From: Peribolospora baueri
Lineage: Eukaryota
DNA length: 39,186 nt
Reading direction: 5' to 3'
Assembly (NCBI GenBank): GCA_029717555.1
Contig: JAMDHS010000132.1
Span: 1 to 39,186 of the forward strand
Both the position numbers and the translations under genes were made by a program. Shown one piece after another: positions 1 through 11,213 of this stretch (position 1 is the stretch's first letter; every line of letters starts with the position of its first letter). The notes under the pieces are model-generated. The model was not told the DNA's origin, did no database searches, and worked only from the letters and a program-made list of their open reading frames with translations.

Positions 1-27
1 TTTTTTTTTTTTTTTTTTTTTTTTTTT
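1..27. repeat. poly-T tract at window start, running into pyrimidine-rich (probably intronic) sequence
   Basis: 27 consecutive T followed by CT-rich sequence upstream of the acceptor at 214-216. Confidence 0.8.
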
Positions 28-216
28 CCTTTTTCCTTCTTTTCTTTCTTTCTTCCTCGCTCGCTCACCCTTGCTTGCCCACTGTACGCTCCTCGTCCCT
101 GTCTCGCGCCACGTCTCTGCTTCCGTTGGCCCTTCGTCCTTCGCGACCGCCCCTGATCGTCCCTCACGTCCCCCCGTTCCTGTCCTACCCACCGCGCTCG
201 ACGACGTACCGGGCAG

Positions 217-787
217 GACGTCGAGTCGCCCGCGCTGGCCTCCCAGATCGCCCAAGCCCTCCTCCCGGCAATCCGGCTGGACCTCCTCCCAAAATCGTCC
301 ATCGACGTCTTCGTTTCCATCCTCGAGGCCGACGGCGAGCAAGCCTCCGCCGCTACCGCCGCCACTGCCGCCAGCGCTGCCCTCGCACACGCCGGCGTCG
401 AGATGCGTGGCCTTGTCGTTGGATGTACCGCGGTGCGTCTGCGTCATCATCCGTCATCTGCCTCGCGTTTCCCATCCCCGCTGACACTCTCTCCTCCTCT
501 CACCCATCCAGGCGCTCCTCGACGCCGACACCGATGCCGACCAACCGTCCACGCCGACCATCTACCTCGACCCCACCACCTCGGAATCGCGCCTCGCCCG
601 CACAACCTTGTCCCTCTTCACCGCCCCCGCCCTCGGCGCCATCACCAACGTCGTCCAGTCCGGCCCCATGGGTGCTGACGAGACGGAGCGGATGATGGAT
701 GCCTGTGCGAGCAGCGCCGCTGATATTCATCGCGTCATCGCTGGCGCACTCGTGCGCGCGTACGAGGAGAGGAAGGCGGGCGCGTGA
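217..787 (+). CDS. MTR3: Exosome complex RNase PH-like subunit (MTR3/EXOSC6-like), last two exons; 5' part lies outside the window
   Basis: Exon 217-432 reads DVESPALASQIAQALLPAIRLDLLPKSSIDVFVSILEADG...ASAALAHAGVEMRGLVVGC. Intron 433-511 is GTGCGT..GCTGAC..CAG. Exon 512-787 reads ...IYLDPTTSE...EERKAGA*. PKSxIDV/LExDG and LDP are RNase PH motifs; MTR3 versus RRP41 is a judgement call. Confidence 0.75.
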
Positions 788-1383
788 CGACCAGCGCAAG
801 TCGGTTTCCCTGCCTGCCTGCCTTTCTTCTACCCTCCTGTTTGTACTTTAGAGTCTGCGCTCACGCTCGCGTTTTGAACTCGACCGACCGTTCTGTTCTC
901 TTCTGTTCTTCGACGCCGGGTCGCGGTGCGCTGCTTGCTCAGTGCGCGCCGAACGCGTCGGACGGTGTGCTTCCGCTCTCTAAATCTTTCTGGCAGAGCA
1001 AACAAAACAAAGACCGGCACGGCTGGGTGGTGGCTCGAGCGCACGATGTGGGACGACGCATCGATCGTTAACGTAACGTACGCATTAGCATCTATTTAAT
1101 TTGTATTTGTATGTACGCGGTGCTGCGGCGCGACGCTCGCTGGCCGGTCGAGAGGCGACGGCGGGCCGATCGTGATCATCATCATCTTTGTCGTCGTTGT
1201 CGTTGTCGTTGTCAAGAAAGACGGACAGACGGTCAGACAGTAAGACAGTCAGACAGGCGTCCCTCGTGCCCCTTCTGCGATACCAGCCCCACACACGCAC
1301 CCTCGGGTTTTGCCCCCGTCCCTGTCTCCGTCCCAGTCCCATCGTATCGCATCGCAGCGCATCGCAGCCGACCCTAACCGCCC

Positions 1384-2153
1384 ATGTCGGTCGAGGCGAG
1401 GCTCAGGGCGGCCACGCTGGACTTTCAGAAGCTCCAGGGCGGTGAGTCGTGTTGTGCCGTGTCGTGTTGATTCGGTTCGGTTTGGTTCGGTCGCTCGCGC
1501 TGGCTTTTCTTTTTGTTTCCAGGGACGAGAACCGCTCACTTTTTTTCTTTTTCTTTCTTTCTTTCCACTCCACACGCAGACCTTCAAAACGCCGTGGAGG
1601 CGCGCCAGCGGCTCGACTCTCAGCTCTCGGAGAATGAGCTGGTGAAAAAGGTGCGTCCGGTTTGTCGTGGTGGCCGTCCGCTGCTCACCGAGACCTCCCT
1701 CACCTCACCTTCGTCCCCTTCCCTTTTCCTGCGCCTCGCAACGTCACAGGAATTTTCCACTCTCACCCCGAACAACCAGGTCTACAAGCTCATCGGCCCC
1801 GTGCTCGTTAAGCAGGACCAGGCTGAGGCCAAGAGCAACGTCGAGAAGCGGCTCGAGTTCATCCAAGAGGAGATGTGAGGTCTTTCTCGTCCTCTCTCTT
1901 CCTTCTCCCTCGCCTCATCTCTTTTCCTCTCTCTTCAGAAAACGAGTAGAGGCTCAGCTCAAGGACCTTGCGGAGAAGAGCGAAAAGAAGAAGCTCGAGG
2001 TGAGCCTAGGCCGACCACCGCGTTCCTTTCCTCTCTCGACTCACCCACCCGCACGCCATATCATCCTTTCGCCAGATCGTCGCCCTCCAAACTCAGGCTC
2101 AGCAAGCGTCGGGGGCGCAAGGCGGGGCGCAGGCGGTGCAGGCGGGAGCGTGA
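1384..2153 (+). CDS. YKE2: Prefoldin subunit 6 (beta type)
   Basis: Exons 1384-1441, 1580-1650, 1750-1874, 1939-1999, 2076-2153 with GT-AG introns. Splices to MSVEARLRAATLDFQKLQGDLQNAVEARQRLDSQLSENELVKKEF...VYKLIGPVLVKQDQAEAKSNVEKRLEFI. Confidence 0.93.
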
Positions 2154-2247
2154 GAGGTGACGCATGTGTGCATTCCTGACGGGCACTAAGGACGCGTGAT
2201 TGAATGTCCCCGGTCCGCTGCCGGCTATCGTACATGGGGTGGAGGGG

Positions 2248-3400
2248 CTACGATGGACGATCTGCCTGAAGAGGACGGCCGCGAAATAAAACCAAATGTG
2301 CGATGCCGAGTGGCGACGTGTTCCCTCGTAAACCAGACCGCGGCCGAGCGCGCAAGCCCGAAGCTCCTCCGTCCTCTGCTGTCTGTTTTTGTGCTTGCCT
2401 TACACACGAGCCGAGCCTTGGGCGGATGAGGACCGATGTCGTTCGTCCATGCGCTCCAACGGCCGCCACCCGCACGTCAAAGCATCCATCAGACCCAGAG
2501 CCGTAGCCGGAACTCGGCGCGGTCCGTTTCAGACTGAGGGAAAAAGGGACGGTCCTCTCCGTCTCCCTCTCCGTCATCGCCCACGCAAGCCGATCGTGGC
2601 GGGGCGGTAAAGCAGACGGAGCAAACGACAAAGATTCGGCGAGAGAGCTTGACGCGAGATGGGATCGCAAGCAGGCGCCGTGTGACCACGCCGCCCTCCA
2701 GATTTCATTGTCCGGCAGCACCCCCTTGACGTCCGCCCCACCGGGCGAAAGGCGGTTCCTCTCCTCTCGTCATCGGCGCCGAGCGTAATAATCAAGCCAG
2801 TTCTCCAAACCCTGGCTCGGTATCGCCGCCTTCAGGCGCCCGTAGGACAAGGCGGATACGCCAGCCAATTTCGAAGACAGGTGCGAGGCGAGATAGCCGT
2901 CGATTCCCAGACGTGACACCGTCTTCCGACCGAGCCCAACTCTCGCAATGCGCATTTCCAACTCGACATCGACCGCCTGGCTGCCTTGCGCAGAAAGCGA
3001 TCCGAACAAAAGAAAGAGCAAGGGTTTGCCAAGTGTGACGAGGAGAGCTGTAGGGCTTATCATTCGACGGCTCGCAGGCGACCGTCTCGAGCTTCGTAAA
3101 GATCGGCCCGCCAAGGTTTGAAAAAAGCGCGGCAATACGGAAGAGATCGTCCGTGGCATTCTCTGAGTCGTCGATGGACTGGAGCTTGCGGTAAATGGCG
3201 TCGGGCGTCGCGGCGACGGCCCGCAGCATGGACGCATCCCGAGTTATGGACTGTCAACGAAAGCGGACGTCACGTCGGGGACTGTCAAACGCCAACATGG
3301 AGAGAAGCACCCGCTGAGAACCTACCGGAAGGACTTGCTCCAAGCGCTAGCCTGCCGTTTCCTGGCGCTGGTCCACAGAGACAACGCCGACGATGCTTGC
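2248..3400 (-). pseudogene. Candidate decayed spliced gene of unknown function
   Basis: Protein-like segments join in frame through introns 3325-3251 (GTAGGT..CAG) and 3060-2985 (ATAAGC..AAG, non-canonical donor). They are interrupted by TAG 3349-3347 and TGA 2772-2770. Boundaries are approximate. Confidence 0.35.
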
Positions 3401-3885
3401 TCGGCAGGGCCAGCTTCCGCTCTCTGAACGGCGTTGCGGTACGCTGGAACACCGCTAGCCTTAGAAATAGCATCGTATGTAGCCTTGCCTCCGGCTGTCA
3501 TCACCGTAGACGATGAAGGGCGGTTCAGTTCATCTTGTGCTACGCACTAAATACGCGGGCGACCTTTGCAAGCTTAATCGGAAGATTACACAAAAGGCTG
3601 CGGACTCTTGCGCCACGCCGGGAGGAGGGGCGCGTGGGCGTTGGCGTTGACGTTGGGGGTTGGCCAGCATGGAAGACAAGAACGACAGCTCGCACTCGGT
3701 TTATCTTCTCCGACGCGCGTCACTTTACACGACACCGTCGATTAGCACCGAGATAACAACACTTCAAATCGGCCGGTCGAGGCGACTTATTAGATTTTCA
3801 ACCTCCTGCGACTGATCGCAGCCGCAGCCGGAAGTTGACCACCCCATCGCCCTTGGCACCCCGTCGACCACGCTTCCAACGCAGG

Positions 3886-6109
3886 ATGCCTCCTCCTCGA
3901 GGTTACGTCTGGCGGTGGCGGCTACCGACCCCCGTAGTTCTGGCGCTTGGCGTTGCCCTTGGCCTGCTGCTCTCTCGCTGGATCTTCAACGTGAGTGCGC
4001 GCCGCATTGGATGGGCAGTCCAGCGTACCCCACGTCGCGCTTACCCTCTTTCTCTCGTCTCCCTCCCTCCGATGCCTTTGCCTCTGCAGCCCGCTCCCGA
4101 GGCGAAAGTTTGGTCGCCGGCGACTCGACTCCGCTCCGGCCCCGCTGATTGGTGGCACAGAAACGCGCAGCCGGCACTCCCGTCCCTCGAGCAGCGTCGA
4201 AGAGTGCTCGAGCTGATCGGTAATCTCTCGCCTCACCACACCAAGGAGTGCACCCGTCACGTCTCGCCCGTGTATGCCGCTCAGGCGCATGACCGGTACG
4301 ACGTCCTTGTCGGGCACGAGGTGCCACCGGAAGAGCACGATGGCAAGCTGCTCAGCCGGCTCTTCGGCGGAAGCGCCAAGGACGGCAAGAAGCACAGGAG
4401 GAAGAGCAAGTGGGACGGCGTCAAGGATCCCTTCCTCGATCGAGCCGAGGGTCTCCGCCGAGAACTCTCCCGAGCCGCCTCAGACACCAGCCGGACGCCC
4501 TCGTCGCACAAGTACTTCTTCGCCATCAATCTCTACAACTCCTTCGACATCATTCCCGACCTCTTCGCCATGCTCTTCAAAGTCTCTGCCGTCCTGGGCT
4601 ACCAGAACGTGTTCGTGTCGATCTATGAAAATGGCTCCAGGGACCAAACCAAAGCTTTGCTGCGTCTTTTCGATGCCTTGTCCAGAACACTAGGATTGCG
4701 AGTCGTCATCCGGTCGTCGAACCGCAAGAGAGGCGCTTTCCATCACCGGATCGAGTACCTGGGTAGGTCAACTCACATGTGCAAGGAAGCGCACCTTGGT
4801 TCTATATCGCTCATCCCACCTCTGCCTTTCACACCAGCCGAAGTGCGCAACTCGGCTTTCGTCCCCCTCCACGAACTTAGAGAGCACCAAGGCGAGGTTT
4901 TCGACACCATCGTCTTCATGAACGACGTCCTTCCTTGCGTGGACGACATCCTTGAGCTCATCTGGCAGAGCAGAAGGCAGAACGCCGGCATCACTTGCGC
5001 TGCCGATTACATGTTCCATGACTACTTGGTGAGTTCAGCACCCGTCCGTGGTGTCTTTCTGTGCGCGTCGACACGCTTGGCGAACCCGTTCGAACGCCGT
5101 CTCCCTCCCAACGCAGGGCATGCCCGTCTTCTACGACAACTGGGTCTCGCGCGACATCAACGGCACGGCGCTTGAAAACGCCCCCTTCGAGCGCGTCTTC
5201 GCTCACCCAGACTCGAAGCAGCGCTTCCAACGACACCTGCCGATTCAGATGCAGAGCTGCTGGAACGGCATCGCCGTCCTCGATCCAGCCCCGTTCTATG
5301 ATGTCGAGCCGGTCAAGTTCCGCATGGCCAATATTGCCGAGGAGGAGTGCTCGGCGAGCGAATGTAGCTTGATCTGTAACGATTACGCCGAGAGGGGATA
5401 CGGGAGAATTCTCATGGTGCCAAGGGTCAAGCTGGCGTATGACAAGGTGCGTCGTGGTTGCATCTCGACCCGCCACCTCCTTTTCCTTGCCTCTGCTTGC
5501 TTGCGTTGACGACCTCCCTTTCCTCTCATCACAGCGAGTCTTCGACATCATCCACCCTGACCGGCGAAACTTGACCGCCGTGCGCGGTTATAAGCGCCTC
5601 GGAGGCCGACCAGACGACCCACGTTCGGACCCGCAAGACCGATCGTGGTTTGGTCCGCACGACCGTCTGTTCGTGGACGAGGAGTACGAGGAGATTGAGT
5701 TTGTCGACGGTCCCGACTATGGTGAGTCGCGAGAGGTCCCCTTTACCCCGCTTCGCTCCAGTCGGATCTGTGAGGTCGAATAGGTTGTTGACGCCTCTGA
5801 ATTGAACCTTTTTTTTGTCATTCTCTTTCTCACTTCGTGGGAGCCAGTGTGGTGTTGGGTTAGTGTAATGCCTTTCCATGAGCCAGTTCAGCGCCGCCTG
5901 TGACCGTAATGAAGACGTCTGACCTAGTCCCTCCATCCTCTTCTCTCTTCTCCCTCGCACACCTCCTGTCTCCTTCCCGCTAACTATCGCAGGGCTGGGA
6001 CGGCGCAGGCGACTTGCAAGGCCCAGACGTCGAGCCGGTCTGGGAACCATTACCCGCGCCGAGGAGACAGGCTACGGCCGTCTATCACGACCGCGGCCTG
6101 GAACTTTAA
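3886..6109 (+). CDS. CAP59: CAP59-like capsule-associated alpha-1,3-mannosyltransferase family protein (GT69), type II membrane anchor
   Basis: N-terminal TM (VVLALGVALGLLL). Motifs KYFFAINLYNSFDIIPDLF, NVFVSIYENGSxDQTK, HRIEYLAEVRN, FMND, FYDNWVSRDING, SCWNGIAVLDP, ECSASECSLICND. C-terminus YVWCWGWDGAGDLQGPDVEPVWE is built through microexon 5848-5858 and last exon 5993-6109. Confidence 0.88.
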
Positions 6110-6656
6110 TCTCCCAGATCCGCTTCTCCCTCTATCTTCTTGATATCGCCCTCTTCCATACCCATCGCGTCTTATGCTAGATTCCACTTTTCCTCGCCTC
6201 TTCGTGACCTTTTCCTAAAGTGAGAGATGACCCAGTGCCTAACATGGATGGTACGACGCCTCCGATATCCGTGGATTAGAGGATCGGGGCGCACGTGAGC
6301 GCCGTTCTGCATTCGTTTCGTCCTCGACGGGTCGTGCTCGTAGAATACTTGAGCGAGGGAAGGGCGGAGACATGTCTGGACGAAGAAAGGAATCCGGGCG
6401 AAGTGAAGGACATGGGTGGTTAGGAGCGAGCCACGTGGCCGTGGGAAAGGCCGCGCGTCAGCCGGGATCCCTCCGATCACTTGAGCGTCGGTGGCTGGGT
6501 CGGCGGTGCGCACGACCAAGCTCTTCTCACCGTCTGTGCCAGATCCACATCACCTCGCCTTCCCTCCCTCGTCTCCTATCCTCTCCGTCCTCCACGCTCG
6601 CAACCTCAGTCTTTGGCCGCGCCGCGCCCTCTCACCCCTCTCTCGGTTGGCCCGCG

Positions 6657-8558
6657 ATGACAGGCATCCAGAGCTTCTACCAGAGCAAGCTCGAGCAATA
6701 CGAGCTGGAGATCAACGACAAGACGCAGAACTTGCGTAGGCTCGAGGCCCAGAGAAACGCTCTCAATGCTAGAGGTGGGTGGGCGCGAGGTGGTGGCCAG
6801 CTTCATGAGCTAAGGAGGACAGCTCGCTCCGGGTGGACTTGGTGGAGACCGGAAACGAGGGAAGGCGTTGGCTCGGCGGACGTGGGGACCGTGCACGCTG
6901 GAGGCGCTGGCTCGACGAGAGAGGGTGGTTGGGATGGCACCGTACTTTGGAGCACAACGCATTGATGTGCCACCTCCGCTGTTTTTTTGTTCCGTTTTGC
7001 GACTTCTCTCGTATGCTGATCCTGGCGCTTGCCGTCTGCCCCTGCAACAGTCCGCCTCCTGCGAGAAGAGCTGCAGCTGTTGCAGGAGCCAGGTTCTTAT
7101 GTCGGCGAGGTGGTAAAGGTGATGGGTAAGAAGAAGGTGCTCGTCAAGGTGCAACCGGAGGGGAAATATGGTGAGCGGAGACGATCTCACGCTCATCACG
7201 CCCTACCAAGCGATGAGACAATTGCTGATGGGACCTGCACCCACCTCCGTCCCCCACAGTGGTCGACTTTGCTTCAGACATCGACGTGAGCAAACTCACT
7301 CCGACGTTGCGCGTGGCCCTTCGCTCGGATTCGTACACGCTGCACAAGATCCTCCCCAATAAGGTGGACCCGCTGGTGTCACTCATGATGGTGGAGAAGG
7401 TGCCGGACAGCACGTACGAGATGGTGGGCGGGCTGGAAAAGCAGATCAAGGAGATTAAGGAGGTCATCGAGCTACCCGTAAAACATCCAGAGCTTTTCGA
7501 GAGCCTCGGTATCGCCCAGCCCAAGGGCGTCCTCCTCTATGGTCCCCCCGGCACCGGCAAAACGCTCCTCGCCCGTGCCGTAGCCCATCACACCGACTGC
7601 CGCTTCATCCGCGTGAGCGGCTCCGAGCTGGTGCAGAAGTACATTGGCGAGGGAAGCAGGATGGTGCGAGAGCTGTTCGTCATGGCCCGGGAGCATGCGC
7701 CGAGCATCATCTTCATGGACGAGATCGACTCGATCGGCTCCAGTCGAGGCGAGAGCGGTTCTGGCGGAGGAGATAGCGAGGTGCAGAGAACGATGCTCGA
7801 GCTGCTCAACCAGCTTGACGGGTTTGAGAGCACGAAGAACATTAAGGTGCGTGGTCGGGGTTATCTATGGAGGTCCCGTGCTCCCGCTCAGACTCCCGGT
7901 CGTCTCATATCCTCTCTCGTCATACTTCCGTCTGCTTCACAGGTCATTATGGCGACGAACCGCATCGGTGAGTTGTCTCCCAGATGAGCTTCGATGCTGA
8001 CCGTCTCCCGTGAGCTGATCACGGATCACGCGTCTTCCTCCCGAGCAGACATCCTTGACTCTGCTCTTCTTCGACCGGGTCGAATCGACCGCAAGATCGA
8101 GTTCCCTCCACCGGGGTACGTTCCCGCTCCGTCCCTCTCGGCTCATGACGGCCATTTCCCCTCTCGATCCGTCTTCGCTCACTCGTTTCGTTCGCTACCC
8201 CTCATAGCCCCGAGGCGCGCGTATCCATCCTGCGCATCCACTCTCGGAAAATGTCGCTCCAGCGCGGCATCAACCTGCGCGCCCTGGCGGAGAAGATGGG
8301 ACAATGTTCGGGTGCCGAGGTTCGGGGCATTTGTACCGAGGCTGGTGAGTTGGAGTTAGTGGGCTGGGTGTGGGCGGAGGGGAGGGTGAGAGGGGACGAT
8401 GATCGCTTACGTCGCACTTTGCATTCATTCCCTTAGGCATGTACGCCCTCCGCGAGCGACGACAGCACGTCGGCCAGGAGGACTTTGAGCTGGCCATCTC
8501 CAAGGTCCTGCGCAAAAACGCGGAGAGCGAGACGAGCAAGAGCAAGCTGTTCACATGA
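6657..8558 (+). CDS. RPT6: 26S proteasome regulatory AAA-ATPase subunit 8 (Rpt6/Sug1)
   Basis: Exons 6657-6774, 7051-7170, 7260-7846, 7943-7967, 8049-8115, 8208-8344, 8437-8558. Motifs [73 protein letters not shown]. Confidence 0.97.
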
Positions 8559-8936
8559 GCTGGGCGTGCGGTGGAGAAGGGGATGGGATGAGGAGATAGA
8601 CGCAATGTGGGCGTGTCGGTGTGAAGACGATGGGTGTAGGGTCGACGATTTGGTGGTGCACGTATGTAGAAGGATGGCGCGCAAGTGTGTATGTATCATC
8701 GCCGACGTTCTTCTCGCTCGGAACGGCCGTCGACTTTCCGATCTGCAACTCGTCGTCACCCAAACCATCGTAGCCTTTCGCTGTCCCCTCCCCTTGAGCT
8801 CCTCGCTCGCATATCCCTCTCCCAACGTGGGGAGACGATGTGTCGCATCCTCGAACGTCAGGACGGCGCTCTGTCATCGTCGACGCTCGTTTCGTGAATT
8901 CCGGGCATTCCGTCGATCGGGCGGCTGGCTGCCCGG

Positions 8937-8976
8937 CCCTAACCCTAATAGAGCGAGTGTTAAATTATTAATTAAG
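8937..8976. promoter_or_regulatory. Interstitial telomere-like dimer CCCTAACCCTAA next to an AT-only island
   Basis: CCCTAACCCTAA at 8937-8948 and TTAAATTATTAATTAA at about 8960-8975, inside GC-rich intergenic DNA. Function is inferred only. Confidence 0.35.
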
Positions 8977-9515
8977 TAGGCCAACGCCATCATCGGACGC
9001 GCAATACATCATCATAAAAAAATGCCTGTCCGTTCACGGCCCTGCTGCTGGAATGGTACGACGTCTCGGCGAGGCTGGTGAAGAAAGAGGGCCGTGGAGG
9101 ATGGTAATCGTTAGAAAGGACGGCGGAGGAAGGAAAGAGAGGAAAGGGCGCGTCGTCGTCGAAGTCGTAGTTTAGCATCTGCCGGCCGGGGCACGGACGG
9201 ACGGAAGGGATCAGGGCGGCCGCGCACACCTCGTCCTCTGCTGCCCATCGGTGCGACAATCTCGTTCACGGAACTCGTCCACCCCCCCCTTCCCCCCGGT
9301 GTCTCCTCTCTCCGCTCTCCAGGACAGGTTTGCGCCACATATCTCGGCATGCGGCGGCCGGGGGCTGAAGGAGGCCACTTTCCGAGCACGTCTCGTCGGA
9401 TAGGATAGGATACGAGGACAGACAGACAGACAGACCGACGCGACGGGTTGGGACGCGCTAAGGAGCGCGCGCGCACGGGTCCACGACGACAACAGCCCGC
9501 TTGCTTCTCCAATGC

Positions 9516-9550
9516 CCCATCGCCATCGCCATCGCCATCGCCACCGCCAC
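9516..9550. repeat. (CCATCG)n hexamer microsatellite
   Basis: CCATCG x4 degrading into CCACCG/CCACG, upstream of ATG 9630. Confidence 0.8.
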
Positions 9551-9629
9551 GACCGTCCCCTTCCCTTCATCTTTGCTTCCACCATCTTTGCCCCGCCGTT
9601 GCCATTTGCCCCATTTTTTTCCCATCACG

Positions 9630-10713
9630 ATGCTTACAGGACTGAACGGAGGTGAGAACAGCAGCAGGGGCGGAGGTGGAGGTGGAGGTGGCGGCGGAAG
9701 CGGGGATTTAGGTGGAGGGGGCGGTTCGAGGAGGACGGCTTCGGCCTCGAAATTGGCCCAGTACGTCCGTCGGTTTTCGTCTTGTCCAGTTCGTTCGTTC
9801 GTCCTCGGGCGGGCCGGGCCGCCTTCGTTCGCGTCTCCGCTCACCTCTGTTCGCTGTTCGTCTTCAGACTCGTCATGCCTGTCATCGTGAGCATCGACCG
9901 CCAGTTGGACGGGCATATGGCTACGCTCTGTCGTCTCAAGCAAGGTCAGGCGGGCAAAAAAAAGAGAGGGGGAGGCATGCATCCACCCATCGTCTCGCCA
10001 CTGATCCCCTTTTGCTGCGTGCGTTTTTGAAAAACGTCATCGCGATCTGGACGGACGACAGGCGGCCAGCTGGTCGAACGTGGTGCGGCGACCCATTCGA
10101 GCGACGTGCAGATCTTTGTCCGTCCCGAAGGCGAGGTCCAGCGTGGAGGGAGGACGGTGGACGCGGCGGCGATAAAGGAGGTGGTGGAGAAGATATCGGC
10201 GCTGGAATGGGAAAGGGAGGTGAAGATGTGGGCCTGCTGTGAGTCCGTTCTGAAATGGAAAGCCTGGAGGGTCGTTTGGGCACGGTCTGCTTAGTTGCCC
10301 GCCGTTTGTCTTGTCCCACCCACGCCCCCAGCCAAGGTCATGGTGGGCATCGTGATGGCATGTGTGCTCTCGCTCGTTCCGATGGCGATCAGCCTCGCGC
10401 TACAAGATAGGGCGGGCGATATTCAGCCGGTGCGTGTTCTTTGTCGGTGCCCGTCGCCGAGTGGCGCCTGGGCTTCGTTGCGGCTCATGGAGCTCGTTGT
10501 TGTTGTTCTTGTCGGTGTCGCATGCAGAGGGGCGTGGCGACGGCGATTTGCGTCGCTCTCTGCGTCTCCGTCGCCGGCATCTTTCAGGTGCTGTTCTGGA
10601 CGTGGCCGGGGATGCCGGTCAGTGGGTGCCTATGCGAGATGGATGTGCCGAAGATGACGCTTTGGCTGTTCTTTGCGATGAGCACTACCGGCGTTGTTTC
10701 TACCCTCTTCTAA
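9630..10713 (+). CDS. Hypothetical multi-exon membrane protein (Gly-rich N-terminus, 2-3 C-terminal TM helices)
   Basis: Phase-consistent exons 9630-9760, 9868-9944, 10062-10238, 10332-10429, 10528-10713. Donors are GTACGT, GTCAGG, GTGAGT, GTGCGT; all acceptors CAG. Hydrophobic segments VMVGIVMACVLSLVPMAISLAL and VATAICVALCVSVAGIFQVLFW. The 3' end could extend to 10814 if a further intron exists. Confidence 0.6.
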
Positions 10714-11161
10714 ACGGTGGCTGTGGCCTTGTAGGAGTTATGGGAGGGACGGTGTGTAGTATGTGCACGCGGTCGGACGGAGCGGAGGCGGAGGGAAGTG
10801 GCGGAGGCACGTGAGCGATCGGCGAGGTGCGTGGGTGGAGGTGGAGGCGGAGGCGTACATATTCAGGGTGGTCTCCTGTTGTTAGTCCGATGTTACTCGA
10901 CGTTACGCTAGGATGTTACTATGCTGTGTGTGCCTCCTTCTTCCACTGCTTGGCACAATCAGTTGACCTCGTTAACATATGCGCGCGCTACGCACGCCGT
11001 CGGTTGTGCCTCGCTGGCCGGCTGTCCGGAGTGGGCGGCCTGGGTGCCAAGCGAGCGAGACCCGCCTCGCTTGGCCTCGCTTTGTCCGTCGTTGGATGAG
11101 CGAATTCGAGGGTGCGCAAGTGGTGAGACGCGGATGTCGTCGAGGGACCCTCTCTCTTTTA

Positions 11162-11213
11162 TTACAATTTCTTATCCGCCCCACCCGCTCATTTACAATT
11201 CCTTATCCGCCCC
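11162..11213. promoter_or_regulatory. 21-bp direct repeat, each copy carrying a GATAAG site on the minus strand
   Basis: TTACAATTTCTTATCCGCCCC (11162-11182) and TTACAATTCCTTATCCGCCCC (11193-11213), 1 mismatch, about 500 bp upstream of ATG 11710. Confidence 0.5.

Noticed and set aside
1060..1120. Short palindromes (CGATCG, CGTTAACG, CGTACG) plus AT-rich patch as a special element
   Set aside because: Too short to be significant; consistent with an ordinary terminator or core promoter between MTR3 and prefoldin.
1651..4837. Short stop-free 3n introns (1651-1749, 99 nt; 4763-4837, 75 nt) as protein insertions
   Set aside because: They have canonical splice signals and interrupt conserved motifs; short GC-rich introns are often open by chance.
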